In this document: positions 35,927 to 45,364 of the stretch, in pieces
Layout of the letters: every line of letters begins with the position of its first letter
Position numbering within the stretch: the first letter of the stretch is position 1
From: Candidatus Shapirobacteria bacterium
GTDB taxonomy: Bacteria; Patescibacteriota; Microgenomatia; UBA12405
Assembly: GCA_028704635.1 (NCBI GenBank)
Contig: JAQWFB010000001.1
Span: 69,541 to 133,540, forward strand
Direction of reading: 5' to 3'
Length of the DNA stretch: 64,000 bases
Program-made: the position numbers and the translations under genes
The notes under the pieces: model-generated
The model's database searches: none
What the model was told of the DNA's origin: nothing
The model's input: only the letters and a program-made list of their open reading frames with translations

Positions 35927-38740
35927 CTACACTAAAATTTCTTTCTTTTTAATTGACTTCTTTAATGGTTTTTTAGCTGTTTTAATTTTGTTTTTAACCT
36001 TTACTTTAGTCATTTCTTTTATTTCTTTTTTGTAAGTGATGGCATAATTTTTTCTTGATATCTCAATTAATTTTTGTAGTCTTTCCGGATTTCGATCTAA
36101 AACAATCGGGATAGTTTCTCCCGAAAATGGTTCTTCTGGTTCCACGGCTGATAATTTCATGTAAAACCTGAAACGAGGTAGATTACCAATATCTCCCTTT
36201 TTCACATAAGGGCTAAATTGGTCTAACATTAACTCTTCATCAATTGGACTAGCGGTTCTAAAACAAATAATAGTCCCAGTATTAGCTAAGATAACATTGA
36301 CCATATTCCGATCTGATTGTTGGGCGGTTGATTGTTCGGCAATGGTCAATCGTAATCCAAACTTTCTTCCCCCAGATAATAATTTAGTAAATGAAGTGGT
36401 AGCAAAATTTTGAAATTCATCCACAAATAAATAGAAGGGTTTTCGATTGATTATCGGAGTTCTGACTCGTCTCATGAAGGCTTGTTGTAGTTTGGCAATA
36501 ATCGTTGTTCCTAAAAGTTGGGAAGTATCCTCACCTAGTTTTCCTTCAGCTAAATTACAAATTAAGATTTTTCCAGAAGAAATAATTTCATCAAAATTAA
36601 TAGTTGATTTTGGTTGTTCCAATATTCTTTTAGCTGTAGGGGAGAATAAGAATCGACCAATTTTAGCCGTCACTCCAGAAACCATTTTAACTGCCTGGTA
36701 ACTTCCAGCTTTCCCAAATTCGTTTAACCAAAAGTTTTTTAAATTGGCGTCTTCTAATTTTGTCGTGATACTTTTTTGATAGTTTGGATTATTAAGCAAA
36801 TCATAAACTGTAAAAATAGTGGCGTCCTTAACGGTAAAGGCAGTATAAATGGTATTCCTCAAAATGTATTCAATTCGATGGGAATCAGTATTTTCATCTT
36901 TAGAAAATATTCGTCTAAAAACTGAAATGACACTTTCACAAACTAATTCTTTTTCTTGTTCTAATTCATCATCACTAAGGCCTGATTTAAGTTCTAATAA
37001 ATTGATCCCAATTGGATGACTAATATCAAAAGGATTTAAATAAATACAATCATCAAAGCGACTTTTGGGAACAGAATATAATAAATCTTCGGCAAGATCC
37101 CCATGAGGATCAATCACCGCCACTCCTCGGCCTTTTTGAATATCATCTTTAGCCATGTGAAAGATAATGGTGGTTTTACCGGAACCAGTTTGACCAATAG
37201 CATAGACATGACGAGAACGGTCATCATCAGTTAACCCAATGTCACTAACCACATTGGCATATTTATTCTTGCCAAAGACCACATCAAAATTGGAATTGTT
37301 TTTAACTGACAGAGGTGAGGGTAGTTCGGAACTATGACTAGTCACCATTCCTTCGGTTTTGGTGGTGACATTGTAAGGAAAATGATAAAGATCACTTAAT
37401 TCTGAAATTGATAAAATTGGATTTTGATTAAGGATTGAATTTGTCGATAAAGATTTTTGTTTAAATTGTTTTATCTGATTTTTAAAATTATTAAAAATAT
37501 AATTTTTAGAGACTAATGATTGATATGGACTACTTAATTGTCCTAAGGAAGAGATTAAACCATTAATTCTGGTTTTATTTTCTTCATCTTTATGAGTGAT
37601 TACTAATAATCTGATGGAAGTTTCAAATAATGACCGGTCAATTTTATCTTTAATAATTCTAGCTAGTTCTTGTTCATAAGGATTTAAAATTTCTTTAGGA
37701 GAGGCAGATGATGTTTGAAAAATTGGCACTGATTTACCACTAGTATCAATTATGGCCGGAATAATACTGATCACAAACAAAAACAGAAGATGAACTATTT
37801 TTCCAATACCTTTAACAAAAAACCAAATAATAGATATTCCTGGTAAAGCTACTAATTTTTGTAAAGCATTTTTTTGAACAACTTCAGTTAGTGGTAATCC
37901 TTGGTATAGTCGTGTTCTTAACTCTTTAATTTCGGACATTATCCTTTGATGAAAGACATTCATGATTGGGCTAACAATTATTTGAAAAGAAATTAATTCA
38001 TCTTTTTTAAGATTAGTCATATTTCCCGTTAGATAAGAGATAGGATCATTTTCTGAAAGTGTTTTTTGAGTTTGGAGTGGTAGGGCAAAATGACTCGATA
38101 ATTTTAATTCAATCAATCTAACTGATTCAGTTGTTTGATTAATTTTATTAATATCCAGATAATCGTTAATTTCCTTAATTTTGATTCCGGGTAAATAGGA
38201 TAAAAGATTATGTTTAATAATTTCTATAAATTTTGGATCAGCTGAGAGTAAATAACGGATACCTTCATTTTTAGTGGAGACAATTTCTAATGAGTATTCA
38301 TTTTTTCTTTGAGTTATTCGATCTCTAAAACTTACCTGTCGAGATAGGGTATGGAGGAGAGTATACAATTCTTCGGTCGCATAAGCTGATTTACTAGTAT
38401 CGGCTGGAAATATTAATTGAATCATTTTCTTACCAGTTCTTTTTTGGGAAAACTGTTTAAAAATCATTGGTACTACTGTTTTAATAATTCCTAAAATTAT
38501 TTTTATTAATATAATCAGAGAAATTATCCCCAAAATTGGTCCCACTACTAAAATGATCGTCATCCACATTGGAGATAACGTTGATATTAAGGGAGTTAAC
38601 CAGTTATAGAAAGTAAGTTTCCAAGAAATAGGTAAAGGCAGTGACAGAATTAAATAGAGGGAAAAGACATGAGTATTGGATAGAGTGTGTTGTTGAATCT
38701 GATGTAATAACTGAAGTTGTTGAACATCAACTGAAGTCAT
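35927..38740 (-). CDS. VirD4/TraG/FtsK-HerA-type coupling ATPase with N-terminal TM region
   Basis: Walker A GQTGSGKTT and Walker B FYLFVDEFQNF in the C-terminal half. TM helices in the N-terminal third. 937 aa. Confidence 0.55.
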   Translation of the reverse strand: MTSVDVQQLQLLHQIQQHTLSNTHVFSLYLILSLPLPISWKLTFYNWLTPLISTLSPMWMTIILVVGPILGIISLIILIKIILGIIKTVVPMIFKQFSQKRTGKKMIQLIFPADTSKSAYATEELYTLLHTLSRQVSFRDRITQRKNEYSLEIVSTKNEGIRYLLSADPKFIEIIKHNLLSYLPGIKIKEINDYLDINKINQTTESVRLIELKLSSHFALPLQTQKTLSENDPISYLTGNMTNLKKDELISFQIIVSPIMNVFHQRIMSEIKELRTRLYQGLPLTEVVQKNALQKLVALPGISIIWFFVKGIGKIVHLLFLFVISIIPAIIDTSGKSVPIFQTSSASPKEILNPYEQELARIIKDKIDRSLFETSIRLLVITHKDEENKTRINGLISSLGQLSSPYQSLVSKNYIFNNFKNQIKQFKQKSLSTNSILNQNPILSISELSDLYHFPYNVTTKTEGMVTSHSSELPSPLSVKNNSNFDVVFGKNKYANVVSDIGLTDDDRSRHVYAIGQTGSGKTTIIFHMAKDDIQKGRGVAVIDPHGDLAEDLLYSVPKSRFDDCIYLNPFDISHPIGINLLELKSGLSDDELEQEKELVCESVISVFRRIFSKDENTDSHRIEYILRNTIYTAFTVKDATIFTVYDLLNNPNYQKSITTKLEDANLKNFWLNEFGKAGSYQAVKMVSGVTAKIGRFLFSPTAKRILEQPKSTINFDEIISSGKILICNLAEGKLGEDTSQLLGTTIIAKLQQAFMRRVRTPIINRKPFYLFVDEFQNFATTSFTKLLSGGRKFGLRLTIAEQSTAQQSDRNMVNVILANTGTIICFRTASPIDEELMLDQFSPYVKKGDIGNLPRFRFYMKLSAVEPEEPFSGETIPIVLDRNPERLQKLIEISRKNYAITYKKEIKEMTKVKVKNKIKTAKKPLKKSIKKKEILV

Positions 38741-38827
38741 TTTGAGTCTCCATTAGGTTATATAAATACTTATATATAAAAATATGACAAAGTATATCAC
38801 AAACACTAATAGGAGGTTGTTAAGGAC

Positions 38828-39049
38828 TTAAGGCAAAATCTCAGAAGATTTAATCTTCAGTGCTTTACAGATATTTTCTATTACTGAAAAAGTAGGATTT
38901 TCTTCACCCCTCTCAATACCCGCATAATAAGTAGTTGAAATCTTACTCATTTTTGCCGCTTCTTCTTGAGAGAATCCCTTTTGTTCTCTCATTTTACGGA
39001 TATTTTTACCAAATTCCTGTTGGCTTTTTTTATTTGGACTTGGAGTCAT
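38828..39049 (-). CDS. XRE-family HTH transcriptional regulator
   Basis: FSQEEAAKMSKISTTYYAGIERGEENPTFSVIENICKAL helix-turn-helix. Confidence 0.85.
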   Translation of the reverse strand: MTPSPNKKSQQEFGKNIRKMREQKGFSQEEAAKMSKISTTYYAGIERGEENPTFSVIENICKALKIKSSEILP

Positions 39050-39105
39050 ATTTTTAGTATAACACTAGGCTATTTTCAGAGTATTGTACTAAAATATTAT
39101 GAATA

Positions 39106-39194
39106 ACAACTATAGTTATATTTTAGCTTCATATTTTACTATATTTACCGCTTGACAGCTATAACCACAGTTGTTATTCTATAACTATAGTTGT
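39106..39194. promoter_or_regulatory. divergent promoter/operator region with repeated dyad CAACTATAGTT(A/G)
   Basis: caactatagtta at 39107-39118 and taactatagttg at 39182-39193, both near-perfect 12-bp palindromes. A related dyad ataaccacagttgttat at 39161-39177. TTGACA at 39152-39157. Confidence 0.5.
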
Positions 39195-39212
39195 AGTTAA
39201 AAAGAGTAAACC

Positions 39213-39422
39213 ATGATAAGTAAAGAGTATCTTGATAAGTTTAAAAAGTTATATAAAGACAAATACAATATAACTCTTTCAGATGAAGAAACAACCGAAT
39301 TAGCAACACATTTTATAAACTTAATGGAAATTCTTATTAAACCAAAATCAAAAACAGAAAACCAAATTAATAATCAGACTTGTATATCAGAAAGGAGACA
39401 ATATGCGACTGGCAGAATATAA
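39213..39422 (+). CDS. hypothetical protein (possible excisionase/RDF position)
   Basis: 69-aa ORF immediately upstream of, and overlapping, the serine recombinase start. Confidence 0.3.
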   Translation: MISKEYLDKFKKLYKDKYNITLSDEETTELATHFINLMEILIKPKSKTENQINNQTCISERRQYATGRI

Positions 39423-41124
39423 CACTAAAAATATAAGCGAGCTTCCAAACACACCACATTACATGATGTATTGCCGAAAAAGCAGCGAATCTGATGAACG
39501 ACAAATTCAGTCTCTACCAGATCAAGTAACTAACTTGACTGATTTTATTCATCAACGAGGAGTTGAATTAGTCGGAGAACCTCTACAGGAACAAAGAACC
39601 GCCAAAATTCCAGGCAGGCCGATTTTCAATCGTCTTGTTCAAATGATTGAGGACAGAGAAATAAACGGAATCGTCCTTCTTAACCCTTCCCGATTATCAA
39701 GAAATACTGTCGACACTGGACGCATCATTTATTTAATGGATCAAGGAAAACTCCTTGAGGTTATAACTCCTTATCAAACCTTTCGGAATAATCCCAATGA
39801 TAAATTTATGCTCAATTTGCTTTGTACTCAAGCAAAACTTGAAAATGATAATAAAAGTGTCAATATTACCGAGGCCTTAAAACTCAAAGCTGAAAGGGGA
39901 GTATTCCCGGGTCGAGCTAGACCGGGATATAAAAATAATCACGAAAAACCTCAAGGACTCCGAGATATCTCCGCTCACCCTGTTTATTTTCCCTTAATGA
40001 GAAAACTTTTTGATCTTGCTTTAACTGGTAATTACAGCGTCCAATCACTAATTAGAGAAGCAAAAATTTTAGGAATCAGAAGTTTAAAATCCGGTAAACC
40101 GATTGTAAAAAGTTGGATGTATAGACTTCTTCGTGACCCCTTTTATACAGGGAGATTTATGTACAACGGAAAACTCTATCAAGGACAACACCCTGCAATG
40201 ATTACTGATGCCGAATTTAATCTGCTGCAAGATATCTTGGATGGGAAGTCAAAAGCGAGACTACAAAAACATGATTTTGCTCTCAATGGAATTATAGAAT
40301 GTGGCGAATGTCACTATTGCATTACTGCTCAAGAACACACCAAAAAATATAAAAATGGCACACAGCAAACTTTTGGATATTATTGTTGTACTAAGAAAGG
40401 TGAAACGAAATGTAGCCAACGCTACACCGCAACCAGTAAACTTGAAGGTCAATTTTTAGACGACTTAGGTCAGTTTAAAATTATGGATCAGGAATTTATA
40501 GATTGGGCTTATGAAGCTTTGGATGAAACGAAGGATAAGAATCAGAAGGTTAATAAAAATAGTTCTGAAGCTCTTCAAATCGCTTTAGATGGAGTTAATA
40601 GAAGAATTGATAATCTTATCGCTCTTAAGATATCACCAGAAAACGACGGCAGCTTACTTTCAAACGCAGAGTTTTCTGACAGGAAACGCGGACTTATGAT
40701 AGAAAAAGAAACAATTCTTCAACAACTCGCACAATGTAATTCTAACGGATCAGATTGGACAAATGTCGCCCGCGATGCGTTTGATTTTGCATTACTAGCC
40801 CAAGAACGCTTTGAACACGGCGATTCACAAGATAAAAAAGTGATTTTCAAAGCCATCGGCGTGAACCCGATCTTACTAGATCAAGAATTACAATATCAGC
40901 CTCGATTTATCTTTTTGAAGATAAAAGAGGGTATTAAGAAAACCAATGACAAAAATAGTCGGCTTGAACCTCAAAAAACCCCATCAGATCAGGCTAATTT
41001 AGAAAATTACCTAAAAAGTTCTGTATGGTGCCGCAGAGAGGAGTTGAACCTCCATGGGTTTCCCCACACGGTCCTAAGCCGTGCTTGTATACCAATTTCA
41101 ACACTGCGGCAAGTTTTTAATTAA
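39403..41124 (+). CDS. large serine recombinase (phiC31-type integrase)
   Basis: Catalytic block YCRKSSESDERQ (YxRxSS/T..Q), recombinase domain, zinc-ribbon cysteines CGECHYC...CC, coiled-coil C-terminus. 573 aa. The last ~85 nt overlap tRNA-Leu(TAG) on the opposite strand. Confidence 0.9.
   Translation: MRLAEYNTKNISELPNTPHYMMYCRKSSESDERQIQSLPDQVTNLTDFIHQRGVELVGEPLQEQRTAKIPGRPIFNRLVQMIEDREINGIVLLNPSRLSRNTVDTGRIIYLMDQGKLLEVITPYQTFRNNPNDKFMLNLLCTQAKLENDNKSVNITEALKLKAERGVFPGRARPGYKNNHEKPQGLRDISAHPVYFPLMRKLFDLALTGNYSVQSLIREAKILGIRSLKSGKPIVKSWMYRLLRDPFYTGRFMYNGKLYQGQHPAMITDAEFNLLQDILDGKSKARLQKHDFALNGIIECGECHYCITAQEHTKKYKNGTQQTFGYYCCTKKGETKCSQRYTATSKLEGQFLDDLGQFKIMDQEFIDWAYEALDETKDKNQKVNKNSSEALQIALDGVNRRIDNLIALKISPENDGSLLSNAEFSDRKRGLMIEKETILQQLAQCNSNGSDWTNVARDAFDFALLAQERFEHGDSQDKKVIFKAIGVNPILLDQELQYQPRFIFLKIKEGIKKTNDKNSRLEPQKTPSDQANLENYLKSSVWCRREELNLHGFPHTVLSRACIPISTLRQVFN
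41039..41120 (-). tRNA. tRNA-Leu (anticodon TAG)
   Basis: Manual fold: GCCGCAG acceptor, anticodon stem CACGG/CCGTG, loop CTTAGGA, long variable arm. Confidence 0.8.
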
Positions 41125-41136
41125 TGTGGGTCCGGC

Positions 41137-41209
41137 GGGACTCGAACCCGCGACCAATCGCTTAAGAGGCGACCGCTCTACCAACTGAGCTACAAACCCA
41201 AAAGACTGT
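41137..41209 (-). tRNA. tRNA-Lys (anticodon CTT)
   Basis: Manual fold: GGGTTTG/CGGACCC acceptor (two G-U pairs), anticodon loop CTCTTAA, T-arm GCGGG/CCCGC. Confidence 0.75.
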
Positions 41210-41218
41210 GATATTTTA

Positions 41219-41803
41219 TCATTTTTGTTTATTTTTTACCGTTTCCATTTCCGCAATCTCGCTATCGGTTATTTTTTTAAATTTTATTATTTCATCAAGA
41301 TAAAAAAGTAGATCACCAAATTCTGATAAAAATTGTTTTCTAGTTCTCACCAACACCAGATTGTTTCCATTTTCTTTAACTTTTTTTAATAATTCTTTTT
41401 CAAAATCAACATCAACTAGTCTTTCAAAACTAAATTTAATACCCTTATTCTTAATCCTCTTAAAAAAACCATCCGTGATTAAAGTCTCTAAACTAACTCT
41501 TTTTCCTTCACCAGGACCATCATCATCATTTGCCCAATGTAAAAAAATTCTCTCATTAAATCCACCTTTTTTCATTATATTAACTTCTTCAATTTCCTCC
41601 AATTCTTCATCTGTTATTTTTTCAGATTCTATTATTTCATCAACCACAAATAATAGGTTGCCAAACTGCGACAAAAATTCTTCTTTGTTTTTTGAAACCC
41701 CTAAACTTTTCCCTTTTTCTCTAACTACACCAAACAATTCTCTTTTAACAAATACTTCATTTAAATTTTTTGGATTTAAAACCCTATTAACTTCTCTTTC
41801 CAT
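41219..41803 (-). CDS. hypothetical acidic protein with two internal repeats (possible MazG-like helical NTP-PPase repeats)
   Basis: Repeated blocks EEFLSQFGNLLFVVDEIIESEKITDEELEEIEE and KQFLSEFGDLLFYLDEIIKFKKITDSEIAEME. The gene is paralogous to its downstream neighbour. Confidence 0.35.
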   Translation of the reverse strand: MEREVNRVLNPKNLNEVFVKRELFGVVREKGKSLGVSKNKEEFLSQFGNLLFVVDEIIESEKITDEELEEIEEVNIMKKGGFNERIFLHWANDDDGPGEGKRVSLETLITDGFFKRIKNKGIKFSFERLVDVDFEKELLKKVKENGNNLVLVRTRKQFLSEFGDLLFYLDEIIKFKKITDSEIAEMETVKNKQK

Positions 41804-41848
41804 TTTTTAACTTTTTTTAAAAACTGAAACATTGTAACACTATTATTC

Positions 41849-42223
41849 TTATTTTTTAAGCTCATCATCTTTTTTTTCATTAGTCCGATAACCATCATCA
41901 GATGTCCAGTGTAAGTATAATCGCTTTTTAAAACCGCCTTTCCTTGCAAAATTTTCTTTTCTAACCTCTTCAAGTTCTTTATCTGTAATATTCTTAAATC
42001 TTTTAATTTCTTCAACAACATACAGTAAATCATCAAATTCAGATAAAAATTCCTCTCTAGTTTCTGCTGCAATTAAACCTTCTCCTTCTTCGGAAACTTT
42101 CTTCAACAATTCCTTTTCAAAATCAATCTCATCTAATTTTTCTATCCTAAATACTAATCCTTTATTAATTAATTTATCACGAACATTATCTCGAATTAAC
42201 CTATTAAAATGTAATTTTTCCAT
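41849..42223 (-). CDS. hypothetical acidic protein, single-repeat paralog of the adjacent gene
   Basis: REEFLSEFDDLLYVVEEIKRFKNITDKELEEVR and FKKRLYLHWTSDDGY align with both repeats of the neighbouring protein. Confidence 0.35.
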   Translation of the reverse strand: MEKLHFNRLIRDNVRDKLINKGLVFRIEKLDEIDFEKELLKKVSEEGEGLIAAETREEFLSEFDDLLYVVEEIKRFKNITDKELEEVRKENFARKGGFKKRLYLHWTSDDGYRTNEKKDDELKK

Positions 42224-42233
42224 CTTTTAAGTA

Positions 42234-42305
42234 CGCCTGGAGGGAATCGAACCCCCATCAATAGTTCCGAAGACTACTACTCTATCCATTGAGCTACAGG
42301 CGCAA
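42234..42305 (-). tRNA. tRNA-Arg (anticodon TCG)
   Basis: Manual fold: GCGCCTG acceptor (G1-U72), anticodon stem GTAGT/ACTAT, loop CTTCGGA. Confidence 0.7.
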
Positions 42306-42314
42306 AGCTAAGTA

Positions 42315-42388
42315 TCCTCAGCAGGGATCGAACCTGCGACCTCCTCCTTAGAAGGGAGGCGCTCTATCCAACTGAGCTATGAGGACAA
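42315..42388 (-). tRNA. tRNA-Arg (anticodon TCT)
   Basis: Manual fold: GTCCTCA acceptor (G1-U72), anticodon stem CCTCC/GGAGG, loop CTTCTAA. Confidence 0.75.
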
Positions 42389-42469
42389 ATAATTACCCTG
42401 TATTTTATCAAATTATCCCAAAAAAATACCCGTTATCCTTTTTTAATAAAGACAACGGGTGTACTACCG

Positions 42470-43156
42470 CTAAATTTTTATAGTTGCATAAGCAATCAAT
42501 ACTGAAATTTGAATTATTATCAATAATACAAAAACCAAGTTTGGTATTGATATTAAAAACGCTAATAATAAAATTATTAATTCCAATAGAGATGCAATTT
42601 TTGCAAACCAACGAGCACTCCCAATATTACGGCGAGCACAAATCATACCAGAAACTAGTTCTTTAATCATTGATGCCATAAGAAACCAAACTGGAATAAA
42701 TTTAAAATCGACAGCAATCAAAATTACACTAAGATGACAAACTTTATCCGCAACTGGATCCAAAAACATTCCCAATTCTGAAACCGTTCCCGTTTGACGA
42801 GCTATTGGACCATCAATTAAATCTATAGCCATTAACATCAAATAAGTAACTATAAAAAACCACTTATTATCTATACCGACCATACTTCCAACGGTGAAAA
42901 TAATTAAAATGGCTATTAATCTAAAAAGAGACAATAAATTAGGAACCATGAGAATAACATGCGGGCTTGTGTCTACTTTTCCATAAAAAATTTTTTTCAA
43001 ACAAACACCAAACCAAATAATACTTTTGGAATTTTCCAGTCTCCACAAGATTTTTTGAAAATGATTTACTCTCGATATTTTATCGGGAGAAAACATTATC
43101 GCTCGATCAAAAAACTTAGCCAATTCAAACTTCGCCATAAAAATCTCTCCCTTCAT
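42470..43156 (-). CDS. CDP-alcohol phosphatidyltransferase family protein (PgsA-like)
   Basis: DGPIARQTGTVSELGMFLDPVADKV matches D-G-x2-A-R-x8-G-x3-D-x3-D. Multi-TM. True start may be MAKFE at 43135. Confidence 0.75.
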   Translation of the reverse strand: MKGEIFMAKFELAKFFDRAIMFSPDKISRVNHFQKILWRLENSKSIIWFGVCLKKIFYGKVDTSPHVILMVPNLLSLFRLIAILIIFTVGSMVGIDNKWFFIVTYLMLMAIDLIDGPIARQTGTVSELGMFLDPVADKVCHLSVILIAVDFKFIPVWFLMASMIKELVSGMICARRNIGSARWFAKIASLLELIILLLAFLISIPNLVFVLLIIIQISVLIAYATIKI

Positions 43157-43204
43157 TTTTTTAATTATAAAAGTGCGGCAAACGAAACGATTATACCATC
43201 AAAA

Positions 43205-43771
43205 TTAGTTCTTTCGTGACAAATAGGCACCAGTTTCTGTATTTACTAAAATTTCTTCACCCGCTTTAATAAAAAGCGGCACCTGAACTGTCAAACCAGT
43301 ATCTAAAATTGCCTGTTTTGTGGCATTAGTTGCCGTATCACCTTTAACTGAATTTTCTGCTTCTACCACTGTGTATGCAATTGTTTTAGGTAAACTAATA
43401 CCAACCGGATTATCATTGTAAAATTTAATTCGATATAAAAGCCCTTCTTTTAAATAAACCTTATCGTCACCAACTATTTCCACTGGCACCATATATTGTT
43501 CAAAACTTCTTGGTTCTATAAAAACATAATTTGATCCATCAAAATAAGAATATTCCGCTTCATGTGTTTCTACTATTACTTCCTCAACTTTTTCTCCCGA
43601 TTTATAGGTATATTCCACAATTCTTCCAGTGTAAAGATTTTTTAACTTGGTTCTATAAAAAGCCGATCCTTTACCAGGGCTAACAAAGGCAATATCAACC
43701 ACCATATGTGGCTCGTCTTGAAAAAGAATATAAATGCCTTTTTTGAATTGTGATGTTGATATAACTCCCAT
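43205..43771 (-). CDS. efp: elongation factor P
   Basis: 188 aa. N-terminal KOW-like segment KKGIYILFQDEPHMVVDIAFVSPGKGSAF with the conserved Lys loop PGKGSAF. Confidence 0.9.
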   Translation of the reverse strand: MGVISTSQFKKGIYILFQDEPHMVVDIAFVSPGKGSAFYRTKLKNLYTGRIVEYTYKSGEKVEEVIVETHEAEYSYFDGSNYVFIEPRSFEQYMVPVEIVGDDKVYLKEGLLYRIKFYNDNPVGISLPKTIAYTVVEAENSVKGDTATNATKQAILDTGLTVQVPLFIKAGEEILVNTETGAYLSRKN

Positions 43772-43906
43772 AAACCTGATTTTAGCACAAAAAAATCCCG
43801 GAGTAACTTTTTAGAGGAGCCACCCCAGGATCTAGTTCATAATATATCAGATATTATCAATAAGTCAATATACACCCATTACACACATAAATTCTGTCCT
43901 ACAGGA

Positions 43907-44572
43907 TCAAAAACTACCGCTTTTAAGTTCCTCGATAAATTGATTTACACCATTCGCCCAAGAACCATTTGAACTTGGACAATATTTTTTCATCATCAAC
44001 TCCGGAGTATTCAAGCCTTTATCAAAATATTCCCTTTTTAAATACTCTGCATAACTCTTAATAGCCAGTTCGTAACCATCAAATTTAAGCGTGCCTTTTT
44101 TATGAATTCCATAACCCCAACAATTATATGAACCTTCAGGTGCTTTTTTACATAAATTAGATTCCTGTTGGGCAATTGCTACAATCCAGTAATATTCAAA
44201 TCCATAATCCTCTGATATTTGAAAAATCAAATCAGAATATGGCGCCATAGGTGAATTATATTTTTCCAAATATTTTTTAATTAACATCGGTCTAGCATCA
44301 GCCCCGCTAACAGTCGCATCCACAGAAATATTCTTAGTATCTTCCGCAGCCGATTCAATCACCACTTTTTCATTACTAAATCCCAATACCACATTATTTT
44401 GGTTTGTTTTTGATAAATATATTAATTCACTAAAACCCACCGCCAATGTTAATACTAGAAAAACAGGCAGCAATAATAACCGTTTGAAACTAAATAATGG
44501 TTTCTCAATCACTATTCTTATGTTATCATGGTGGCACTTATGAAAACAAACTCCACTGATATAAAAAAACAA
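43907..44572 (-). CDS. membrane-anchored glucosaminidase-like (FlgJ C-terminal-type) cell-wall hydrolase, hypothetical
   Basis: AIAQQESNLCKKAPEGSYNCWGYG resembles the AQAxLESGWG block of glucosaminidase domains. N-terminal TM helix. Confidence 0.35.
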   Translation of the reverse strand: MFFYISGVCFHKCHHDNIRIVIEKPLFSFKRLLLLPVFLVLTLAVGFSELIYLSKTNQNNVVLGFSNEKVVIESAAEDTKNISVDATVSGADARPMLIKKYLEKYNSPMAPYSDLIFQISEDYGFEYYWIVAIAQQESNLCKKAPEGSYNCWGYGIHKKGTLKFDGYELAIKSYAEYLKREYFDKGLNTPELMMKKYCPSSNGSWANGVNQFIEELKSGSF

Positions 44573-45355
44573 AATAATAAAGTTTTTACTTTAAATATCG
44601 ACATTAAAGTCACCGATATTAAAAAAGAACACCAAGAGCATTTAAAACAATTTCAAGCTAATTTTGAAACAAAAGGTTTTAGAAAAGGTAAAGCTCCTTT
44701 AGATGTCGTTCAACAAAATATTTCCGAAGAAAAATTATTTGAAGAAGTTGCTTCTCACATAATTTCCCATGCCTATGGTGAAAAAATTAAAGAACATAAT
44801 TTAAAACCAATTATTCAACCTCAAGTTAAATTTATAAATAAAGACGTCGATTTTGACCATGATTGGCAATTGGAAATCACCAGCTGTGAATTACCAGAAA
44901 TTAAACTCAATGAAAAATATTTAGCCGAAGTTAAAAAAGTAAATTCTGATAAAACTATCACCGAAGAAAATCAAAAAATTGAAAAAATTATTGATGCTTT
45001 AGTTAGAAACGGTCAAGTTGATCTACCAGAAATATTAATTGAATCTGATATTCAAAACCAATTGTCTCAATTAATCGATCAATCTCGACAGGCTGGAATC
45101 AGTGTCGCTGATTATCTTAAAAACAAAGGTATAACTCTCGAAAAATACAAAGAAGATTTAAAAACTCAAATTACTAAAGAATGGACTCTTAATTTAGCCA
45201 TTAGTCAAATTGCTAAAGAGCAAAAGATCGAAGTTTCTGAAAAAGAAGTTACTAATATTGCCAGTTCTAATCCATCTCTTGGTCAAAATATAAATTTCAT
45301 TTATTACATTTTGACTCAACAAAAGGTCTTCGATTTCTTGAAAAAATTGTTATAA
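44528..45355 (+). CDS. tig: trigger factor (short form lacking PPIase domain)
   Basis: N-terminal ribosome-binding signature KGFRKGKAPLDVVQQNI (GFRxGxxP). 275 aa. Likely start at MKTN 44543. Confidence 0.65.
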   Translation: MVALMKTNSTDIKKQNNKVFTLNIDIKVTDIKKEHQEHLKQFQANFETKGFRKGKAPLDVVQQNISEEKLFEEVASHIISHAYGEKIKEHNLKPIIQPQVKFINKDVDFDHDWQLEITSCELPEIKLNEKYLAEVKKVNSDKTITEENQKIEKIIDALVRNGQVDLPEILIESDIQNQLSQLIDQSRQAGISVADYLKNKGITLEKYKEDLKTQITKEWTLNLAISQIAKEQKIEVSEKEVTNIASSNPSLGQNINFIYYILTQQKVFDFLKKLL

Positions 45356-45364
45356 TAGGCCACT

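Larger units (their letters stand above)
34250..41124. mobile_element. integrative (mobilizable) element module next to tRNA-Leu(TAG); left boundary not determined and may lie as far left as ~25.3 kb
   Basis: DUF2958, Replic_Relax, VirD4-like ATPase, XRE repressor plus operators, and a serine integrase, all adjacent to a tRNA gene. Confidence 0.4.

Noticed and set aside
41361-42072. ORFs 41361..41810 (+) and 41776..42072 (-)
   Set aside because: They overlap the repeat-protein genes on the opposite strand or out of frame. Their low-complexity S/L/F- or K-rich translations are typical of antisense reads of AT-rich K/E-rich genes.
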